From positions 3,904,001-3,968,000 of the forward strand of contig OZ244937.1 of the NCBI GenBank assembly GCA_965222075.1: a DNA stretch of 64,000 bases, read 5' to 3'. The notes beneath the pieces were generated by a model. It did no database searches. It was not told the origin of the DNA and saw only the letters and a program-made list of their open reading frames with translations. The position numbers and the translations under genes are program-made. Source of the stretch: Candidatus Latescibacterota bacterium (lineage in GTDB: Bacteria > Latescibacterota > UBA2968 > GCA-2709665). This document shows positions 57,045 to 64,000 of this stretch, in pieces. Positions within the stretch are counted from its first letter, which is position 1. Each line of letters opens with the position of its first letter.

Positions 57045-58949
57045 TCAAATCGCCCCTTTAAGCACCCGCACATCCCCCTCCCGGACCGTCACGCCCCGAT
57101 TGTCAAAATAATTCAACAGCGGAACCGCGTATTTGCGCGTCGTCCCCACCAAGTCCCGGAACGCGGACACCTCAATCCTCCCGTGCGTCTTCAAATACCC
57201 CACAAGCTCCCGTTCGACCCCCGCCAGCACGTCCGGATCAAACAGGAGACTCTCCTCCAGCCGGACCAGGTCCCCCATCGTCTGCATCGCAGCCACAACG
57301 GCCCGGACCGCCTCCGGATCGCCCGCCGCCTTTGAGGAAAGCTCCTGAAGGTCGGGCGGCGCTGCCTTTCCCTCCTGGATCAGCCCCCGAATCGACGCCC
57401 GAAGACCGTCTTGCTCCGGCGTCAACCGGATGCGGTGATCGGCTGTGCTCAGTAGGGGGCCGTCCGCTTTTAACGCACCCGTCTGAAGCAGGTGCTCGAT
57501 CCCCTGCTCGTAAACCTCCGGAGGAGGCCCCCCATCCACCTGAAGGCGAAGCTCATCGCGCCGGATGCCCGCACGCAGTGGGTGGCCGCTGTGAAAGGCC
57601 GCCAAGGCATCCTGGATACGCTTAAGCAGGTCCTCCCAGGCGCTGGCATCCATGTAAAAATCCTGTCCCGTCTGGCGGTAGGTAACAGCATGCCCTCCAT
57701 CTAACAGTGCCTGCAGCCGTTTTTTTAGCTCTGCCGACGCCATCCCCATCTCCGAGGCCAGGGCCTGCATCGACCGGGGCCTGAAACCGGCCGTTTTCAG
57801 GCGCAGCGCCAGCACCCGCGTGGGGTCGTCCTGCTCCAGCCCCCGGAGGGTTTGCAGCACCTCTTCGCGAAACCTTCCATGCTTCGTCGGCTGGGGGTCC
57901 AGCACAATACCTCCCCCCAGCGTCTGCACCGGCGAATACCGGCGAATCACGAACCGGTCGCCCCGGGCGGCCACCCCGGGCGACTCTAAGCGGAACTGCA
58001 CGAGCTGAGCTTCGCCGGGCAGGAGCTCCTCCGCCTCCAGCAGGACCACCCGGGCCAGCACCTCCCTTGGTCCCAAATGGAGGTGCACCCGGGCACGATT
58101 CTTCAGGGAGACCGGCGCGTCTGAAAGCAGATGCAGCCGGGCATCGATCATATAGGTCGAACTGAAATACCCCGGCTGCGACAGGATATCTCCCCGCGCC
58201 ACCTCCTCCACCTCCACATCGGCTAAGTTAAGCGCCGCCCGGTCCCCCACCTCTGCCCCTTCCTCATCTCTGCCGTGAATCTGTACCCCGCGCACCCGCA
58301 GTGGCCTGTCCGCCGGTAGCAGCACCACCTTGTCCTTGAGCCCCACCTGCCCCGACAGCACCGTCCCCGTCACAACCGTACCGAACCCCCGAACCGAAAA
58401 CACCCGGTCCACGGACAGCCGGAAAATCCCCCGGTCGGGCCGCTCCTCTACCCGCGCGATCTCCGCCTCCAGCAACGACCGGAGCTCGTCAATTCCCTCC
58501 CCGGTTGTGGACGACACGGCAACCATCGGCGCCCCTTCCAGGAAGGTCCCCTCAAACAGATCCTCTAAGTCCTCCATCACCAGACAGACCCACTCCTCCT
58601 CCACCAGGTCGACCTTGGTCAGCGCCACAATCCCCCGGCGCACCCCCAGCAAGTTCAGGATCCCCAAATGTTCCCGGGTCTGCGGCATCGCCCCGTCGTC
58701 CGCCGCCACCACAAACAGGGCCAGGTCCACCGTGCAGACCCCCGTCACCATATTCTTCACAAAACGCTCGTGGCCCGGCACATCGATAATTGTCACGTTA
58801 TCTTTCCAGTACGCAAACCCAATATCGATCGTCACCCCCCGCGCCTGCTCTTCCGGCAGCGTATCGGTATCAATACCCGTAAGCGCCTTGATCAGGGCGG
58901 TCTTGCCGTGGTCGATATGTCCGGCCGTGCCAATGATCACATGCGACAT
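57045..58949 (-). CDS. selB: Selenocysteine-specific elongation factor
   Basis: GTAGHIDHGKT, DVPGHERF, TKVD; C-terminal winged helix TRKYAVPLLNYFD. Confidence 0.97.
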   Translation of the reverse strand: MSHVIIGTAGHIDHGKTALIKALTGIDTDTLPEEQARGVTIDIGFAYWKDNVTIIDVPGHERFVKNMVTGVCTVDLALFVVAADDGAMPQTREHLGILNLLGVRRGIVALTKVDLVEEEWVCLVMEDLEDLFEGTFLEGAPMVAVSSTTGEGIDELRSLLEAEIARVEERPDRGIFRLSVDRVFSVRGFGTVVTGTVLSGQVGLKDKVVLLPADRPLRVRGVQIHGRDEEGAEVGDRAALNLADVEVEEVARGDILSQPGYFSSTYMIDARLHLLSDAPVSLKNRARVHLHLGPREVLARVVLLEAEELLPGEAQLVQFRLESPGVAARGDRFVIRRYSPVQTLGGGIVLDPQPTKHGRFREEVLQTLRGLEQDDPTRVLALRLKTAGFRPRSMQALASEMGMASAELKKRLQALLDGGHAVTYRQTGQDFYMDASAWEDLLKRIQDALAAFHSGHPLRAGIRRDELRLQVDGGPPPEVYEQGIEHLLQTGALKADGPLLSTADHRIRLTPEQDGLRASIRGLIQEGKAAPPDLQELSSKAAGDPEAVRAVVAAMQTMGDLVRLEESLLFDPDVLAGVERELVGYLKTHGRIEVSAFRDLVGTTRKYAVPLLNYFDNRGVTVREGDVRVLKGAI

Positions 58950-59033
58950 AATCGCCCGCTCATCTCTCCCCAAATCTGAAGAACCTAAAAAACACCCTTG
59001 ACTTTCTTAGAAGCTGTTCATCTGTGGTTGCCT

Positions 59034-60332
59034 TTACGTAAACCGGATCCTCGGATTCAGGTACGTATAGGCCAGATCCCCGATCAACCGCGTCACAACA
59101 GCGATCGTCACCAGCAGCATCGCCGCTGCTTCCACCGCGTTAAAATCTCCAAATAGCGCAGAGTCATAAATGTAGAGACCCAGCCCTGGATATCCAAACA
59201 CCGCCTCTACCACCACCAGCCCCCCGATCAGCCAGTTCACGTGCAGCATAATCACCGTAATCGGCACGATCAACGCATTACGCAGCGCATGCCGCAGCAC
59301 CACGCGCCCCAGCGGCAATCCCTTGAGAATCGCCGTCCGGATGTACGGACTGTTCATCACCTCGATCATACTCGCCCGGGTCATCCGGATCACATAGCCC
59401 AGCTCGACCGCCGTCAGGGTGAGCACTGGAAGCACCAGCAGACTGGGATCTCCAAAAACCGCGTCCTTATTCAGGAAAACCGAAACCGCCGGCAGCGCCT
59501 TGAGCCAGATTCCGAAGATCAGAATCAGAAAAATACCGGTCACAAACTCCGGGGTGGCCGTCGCAATCAAACTCCCGATCGACAGCACGCGGTCGACCGG
59601 CCTGCCCGCACACACTCCGGCCACAATCCCCAGAAAAAGCGCCAAGGGCATAATCGACACAAATGCCAGGGCAGCTAAGACCGCCGTATTTCGCAGCCGG
59701 GGAAAAATCGTAGACGCAACCGGACGCCCCGTGCGCAGCGACTGCCCCGGATCGCCCCCCAGCAGCCCCTTCTGAAGCGGAATATACTGCTGCGGGCCAT
59801 CCCCCTTCTTCTGGAACCCCGCCGGCGTCAAAACCCAGACTTCGGTCCCGGCGCCCCGTACCCATTTGACCGCACGGTTCCCAGGATCCACTCCCCAGAA
59901 GAATTCAGACCCATCCCCGGCCGTCCGCCACAAATGGTCGGTCGGCTCGGCACGCGTGGACCCATCGGCCTGCCGGCGCAGGGCGATCAACCGGTCTCCA
60001 TCCATCTTCCAGCGGGTCAACTGTCCACCCTCTTCTGTCCACCACTCCCACTCACCCGTCTGGGAATTGGCCACCCTGCGCAGCGGAAAGCCGATGCGGT
60101 CATCCACCCACCAGTCATTCCCGGCCAGCCAGGTCACATACCGCAGCCACAAAGACTGATCGAGCCCGAGCTGCGCCCGGTACGACGCCCTCTGCTCAGG
60201 CGTTGCAAACGTCCCCAAAATCTTTACCGTCACATCCCCGCTGCCGGCCTCCAAAAGCACAAACAGCACGGCCGAAACCAGCAGCATCGTCACGATCATA
60301 GACAACAGACTTCGCAGTAGAAAACGCGCCAT
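59034..60332 (-). CDS. Peptide/opine ABC transporter permease (DppB-like) with a large extracytoplasmic insertion
   Basis: YIRTAILKGL, HALRNALIVP, VEAVFGYPGLG, LNPRIR. Confidence 0.9.
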   Translation of the reverse strand: MARFLLRSLLSMIVTMLLVSAVLFVLLEAGSGDVTVKILGTFATPEQRASYRAQLGLDQSLWLRYVTWLAGNDWWVDDRIGFPLRRVANSQTGEWEWWTEEGGQLTRWKMDGDRLIALRRQADGSTRAEPTDHLWRTAGDGSEFFWGVDPGNRAVKWVRGAGTEVWVLTPAGFQKKGDGPQQYIPLQKGLLGGDPGQSLRTGRPVASTIFPRLRNTAVLAALAFVSIMPLALFLGIVAGVCAGRPVDRVLSIGSLIATATPEFVTGIFLILIFGIWLKALPAVSVFLNKDAVFGDPSLLVLPVLTLTAVELGYVIRMTRASMIEVMNSPYIRTAILKGLPLGRVVLRHALRNALIVPITVIMLHVNWLIGGLVVVEAVFGYPGLGLYIYDSALFGDFNAVEAAAMLLVTIAVVTRLIGDLAYTYLNPRIRFT

Positions 60333-60405
60333 ACCTGCTCCTTACGTCAGTCACGGGTCATAAGTCTTTTTTTCTGACTTTAGACCCACGAGCTCACGAC
60401 GCTCT

Positions 60406-62055
60406 TCAAGCATCCTTCCACACATCGTAAAACAGATCGTAACTCGTCGGGTGCGCCCTCACATTCTTGAACTCGGAACGCGTGATATTCCAGACCTTGC
60501 GCCAGAACGAAATGCCGATGGGACCCCGGTCCTGCATAATCTCTTCGATCCGACACATAACCCCTCGCCGGGCCTCCACATCAAGCATACTCTCCGCCTC
60601 GCGCAGCAGGATGTTGAGTTCAGCGTCAATCCAGCGGGTTTCATTCCAGGGTACAGGGTTGCCGTCTTTGTCGGCCGTATAAGCCAATGCCAGAACCATG
60701 GTACCGAGCGGGCGATGGGTCCAGGTGGTAATGCCCAGATTCACCTCCGTCCAGCGCTCCCAGTAGTTGGACGGCTCTACAATATCCAGTTCGATCTCAA
60801 TCCCACCGGGTGCAGCCATCTCCTTCAAGGCCTGGGCAATCTCCGGTTCTGCCATATCGTTTTTTGTCGTAAGCGTAACCTTGAGACCGTCGACATAGCC
60901 GGCTTCCGCCAGTAACGCCCTGGCCTTTTCGGGGTTATATTCGGGAATCGGTTTTTCGCAATACGCGGGGTGAACCGGCGCCACGTGGGCATCCATGCCC
61001 AGATCGCCCTGTCCGAAATAAGCAAGTCGCAAGATCTCCCTGCGGTCCTGGCAGAGCTTGAGCGCCTGGCGCACGCGCGCATCGTTCCACGGCTCTAAGT
61101 CTACCCGCATGCGCAACACGAACGTCTGGGCGGTACTCACAGGACGGATCGTAAGCCCCGGCACATCTTTCAAGGCCAGCCAGTCGGGTGGGCGCGACTG
61201 AAACGTCGTATCAATCTGTCCGGATTGCATCGCCGCAACGCGCGTGTCTTGCCCCAGGTCCAGATAGACCAATTCGTCTAAGTACGGAAGCGGATTTCCG
61301 GCCTTGTCCGTGCGCCAATATCCCTCCCGCCGCCTCAGAATTACCCGCTCTGTCTCCGTGTATTCCACCAGCTTGAACGGGCCGGTGCCGACCGGCTGCT
61401 TGATAAAATCGCCCTCAAAACCACGGTGCATAATCAACGCCGGGTAATGGAACAGGTGCTCCGGCACCGCAATCTGCGACGCGTCTAAGTGCAGGCGAAC
61501 CGTATACGCATCCACTTTTTCAACATTGTTCCTGTTGAGGTAGGACATCAGCCCCAGCACCGAAGAGCCCACATCCGGATTGAGCCACTGGTTGAAATTA
61601 AAAATCACATCGTCGGCAGTCAATTCATCCCCATTGTTAAACCTGATCCCCTTACGCAGATAAAGCGTCCAGGTCTTGACCTCCTCATCCGCCTCCCACC
61701 GCTCCAACAGCCAGGGACGCGTGAGGTTATCCGGTCCCGTCTCGGTCAAATACTCCGCCACCTGCCGCAGCTGGTTGGCCCCCTCCACCCACGAAAGTCG
61801 GGCCGGGTGGTCGATCCGCTGGACCGCAGACCCAACCTTCAGCGTCCCCCCCCTCCGGATAGCACCCGGTGCCGCCTGCTTTTCAACCACCGGCGTCTCC
61901 TCCCCTCCGCATCCGATCAGAACCTGCGCCGCTGGAACCGATACCCCCAAAAGCGTCGCAAACCGCAGGAACTCCCTCCGGTTCATCTTCCCTTTATAAA
62001 AATCCCTCCGCGTGTCCATCACTGCTGGATGGATTTTCCCGGGTAATTTCACCAT
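60406..62055 (-). CDS. ABC transporter substrate-binding protein, family 5 (Tat lipoprotein)
   Basis: NRREFLRFA twin-arginine motif plus LIGC lipobox; LRKGIRF, TADDV, GTGPFKL. Confidence 0.92.
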   Translation of the reverse strand: MVKLPGKIHPAVMDTRRDFYKGKMNRREFLRFATLLGVSVPAAQVLIGCGGEETPVVEKQAAPGAIRRGGTLKVGSAVQRIDHPARLSWVEGANQLRQVAEYLTETGPDNLTRPWLLERWEADEEVKTWTLYLRKGIRFNNGDELTADDVIFNFNQWLNPDVGSSVLGLMSYLNRNNVEKVDAYTVRLHLDASQIAVPEHLFHYPALIMHRGFEGDFIKQPVGTGPFKLVEYTETERVILRRREGYWRTDKAGNPLPYLDELVYLDLGQDTRVAAMQSGQIDTTFQSRPPDWLALKDVPGLTIRPVSTAQTFVLRMRVDLEPWNDARVRQALKLCQDRREILRLAYFGQGDLGMDAHVAPVHPAYCEKPIPEYNPEKARALLAEAGYVDGLKVTLTTKNDMAEPEIAQALKEMAAPGGIEIELDIVEPSNYWERWTEVNLGITTWTHRPLGTMVLALAYTADKDGNPVPWNETRWIDAELNILLREAESMLDVEARRGVMCRIEEIMQDRGPIGISFWRKVWNITRSEFKNVRAHPTSYDLFYDVWKDA

Positions 62056-62073
62056 ATCTCCTTGCTTGTAGAG

Positions 62074-62117
62074 GCCCTCACCCCCGTCCTCCTCCCCCGT
62101 GTGCGGGAAAGAGGGGT
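62074..62117. repeat. REP-like CCCTCACCCC..CTCCC..GGGA.AGAGGG element
   Basis: Intergenic palindromic purine/pyrimidine-skewed motif of a widespread type. Confidence 0.45.
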
Positions 62118-62140
62118 GCCTCGCACAGCGTGAGGGCGGA

Positions 62141-63142
62141 TCACACCCAAACCTCTCCAAAAATCCGAAGCCAGTTTCCTCCCAGAATCTTCGCCACATC
62201 CGCCTCGCTGTACCCACGCCCGAGCAGTTCTCCTGCAATATTGACGAACTTATCGGGGGTTTCCATGCCTTTTGGATGGATCAGGGGATCCGGATATCCA
62301 AGCGACCGTTCCTGATACCTGGTTCCCTGCTGGGCAAAGAGCCAGTCGAAAAAGGATGCGGGTTGATCCTGCGTGTAGTCGGTTCCGATGCCCACATGGT
62401 CAATGCCCACCCGTTCCACCAGGTCCTCAATGGCGTCTACGTATTCTTGCAGGGTTGTGTCAAAGGTATTGGGGAAGAACGAGGGAAAGGCATTCGCGCC
62501 GATCATCCCCCCTTTTTCGGTGATAAGCTTCAGCGCCTCGTCGGTTTTGTTGCGCACGTGGTCGAAAAAGGCACGGGCGTTTGCATGGGTGCAGGCCACC
62601 GGCTTTTCCGACACTTCCGCAGCGTCCAGCGTGGTTCGGTCTCCCACGTGGGAAAGGTCGATGAGGATGCCCAGGCGGTTCATTTCCCGGATCGCATCCA
62701 CCCCGAAGTTGCTGAGGCCCTCATCCCTCCGGTCGTAGCAGCCGTTGCCGATCAGGTTGCGCTCGTTGTACGTAATCTGGATGATGCGCACGCCCAGCTC
62801 ATAGAACAGCGCCAGCCGGTCCAGATCATTCTCGATGGGAGAGGCATTCTGCCATCCGATGAGGATGCCCACCCTGCGGTCGGCTTTTGCCCGGTAAATG
62901 TCCTGCACCGTCTTGACCTGGGTCAGAATGTCGCCGTAGTCTTTGAACCGGCGCAGCCAGGCGGCGATGTTGTCCATTCCCTCCCTGTAGTTTTCCCAGA
63001 TTGCGCTTGTGGCATTGATGGCGGTAACCCCGCCCGCGTGCAGGCTTTTGAAGACAGCGGGGCTTTCCCAGTTGCTCACGTTCAGCGCGTCTACGACGAT
63101 GGCCTCATCATAAAGTCGTTTTACCGTGTTTTCTATGGACAT
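62141..63142 (-). CDS. Membrane dipeptidase (M19) family protein
   Basis: QITYN, GLSNFG, IDLSHVG, THAN, RNKTDE, HVGIGTD, KILGGNW. Confidence 0.9.
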   Translation of the reverse strand: MSIENTVKRLYDEAIVVDALNVSNWESPAVFKSLHAGGVTAINATSAIWENYREGMDNIAAWLRRFKDYGDILTQVKTVQDIYRAKADRRVGILIGWQNASPIENDLDRLALFYELGVRIIQITYNERNLIGNGCYDRRDEGLSNFGVDAIREMNRLGILIDLSHVGDRTTLDAAEVSEKPVACTHANARAFFDHVRNKTDEALKLITEKGGMIGANAFPSFFPNTFDTTLQEYVDAIEDLVERVGIDHVGIGTDYTQDQPASFFDWLFAQQGTRYQERSLGYPDPLIHPKGMETPDKFVNIAGELLGRGYSEADVAKILGGNWLRIFGEVWV

Positions 63143-63158
63143 TTTTCGCTCCTTACAC

Positions 63159-64000
63159 CTAAGCGCATCTGGAGAACCAGACGGTGACCCCAATAAGGGC
63201 CAGTGAAAATACCAGGCCCACGATGCTTACAGCCATGATGTCACCCCAGGCAAAGACAAAGCCTGTGCCCAGGCTTCCGGTTCCGGCCGCCAGGGCGATC
63301 ATCATTTCGTTGGCGCCCTGCGCCCGTCCCCGTTCGTCGGATGACAGGGCGCTGGAGAGCAATGACGAGCCGGCGATAAAACAGAAGTTCCAGCCCAATC
63401 CCAGCAGGAAAAGCGCAAAGGCAAGCGAAGCCATACCCGCAGAAACCGGCGTCAACAGGCTGGATACGGTCAGCATGATCGAGCCGATGATGATGATGGG
63501 GATCCGGCCCGCACGGTCGATGAGCCAACCGGTGAGGGTGGACAGGCCGTACATGCCCAGGGTATGCGACATAATCACCCAGGAGATGGCTTTCAGGCTG
63601 TGGCTGTGGTGGTCCATGTGCAGGGGTGTGATCACCATGATCAGGGTCATGACAAGCTGGCCGATGACCATTGTGGTAACGGCCAGCCGTACGGTCCCTC
63701 CGGCGAAGATGAGGCGCAGGGACCGGGCCGGGGAGTCGGCCTCACGGGCCTGCCGGTGGACCACCAGTCTGCGTCCGACCGCCATCGGGTCCGGGCGAAG
63801 CAGTATAAAGGTTAAGGCCGCGGACAGGGCAGCGAATACCGTGGCTGCGAGATAGGGGCCGGTATGGGCATGCAGACCATACTCCGCCGCAAGCCGGCCC
63901 GAAGGGTCAACCAGGAGAGGACCGCCAATTGCGCCAACCGCGCCGGCAAAAACAATCAGGCCGATGACTTTGGCCTGCCGGTGGGGCAGATAGACTTCGG
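63159..64000 (-). CDS. MFS transporter (5' part outside the window)
   Basis: Multiple TM helices; TGWLIDRAGR, LGLGWNF, ERGRAQG; the frame continues upstream to the window edge. Confidence 0.88.
   Translation of the reverse strand, partial: EVYLPHRQAKVIGLIVFAGAVGAIGGPLLVDPSGRLAAEYGLHAHTGPYLAATVFAALSAALTFILLRPDPMAVGRRLVVHRQAREADSPARSLRLIFAGGTVRLAVTTMVIGQLVMTLIMVITPLHMDHHSHSLKAISWVIMSHTLGMYGLSTLTGWLIDRAGRIPIIIIGSIMLTVSSLLTPVSAGMASLAFALFLLGLGWNFCFIAGSSLLSSALSSDERGRAQGANEMMIALAAGTGSLGTGFVFAWGDIMAVSIVGLVFSLALIGVTVWFSRCA

Overview
A GC-rich (roughly 60% by eye) bacterial chromosomal segment. The gene style, with many PhyH, Gfo/Idh/MocA, CocE, ceramidase-like and sulfatase-like genes, suggests an uncultured heterotroph such as a Latescibacterota/Poribacteria-like MAG; this is inference only. 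Most of the window is catabolic or housekeeping: two class-III aminotransferases, a GcvT-family amine dehydrogenase flanked by two gene remnants, heparinase II/III, LPS glycosyltransferases with a flippase, psd, alkA, acetolactate synthase, msrB, sthA, a cold-shock protein, a CBS-korA-korB-CBS operon, the selenocysteine genes selB, selD (in-frame UGA) and selC, and a partial peptide ABC transporter. The standout is a visibly AT-richer, self-contained minus-strand operon at about 26950-32156, with its own sigma70-like promoter, a palindromic operator candidate and a terminator. It encodes an N6-adenine DNA methyltransferase, a MORC/GHKL ATPase fused to an intact histidine kinase, an intact receiver-domain protein, and a ComEC-like metallo-beta-lactamase-fold hydrolase. 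I propose this as a candidate phosphorelay-gated restriction/anti-phage system with no classical restriction endonuclease. Also seen: two candidate ncRNAs (16155-16238 and a 6S-like RNA at 55450-55614), several small gene remnants, a solo IS200/IS605-like end, and short dispersed repeats anchored at stop codons. No CRISPR array, rRNA, integrase or intact transposase was seen.
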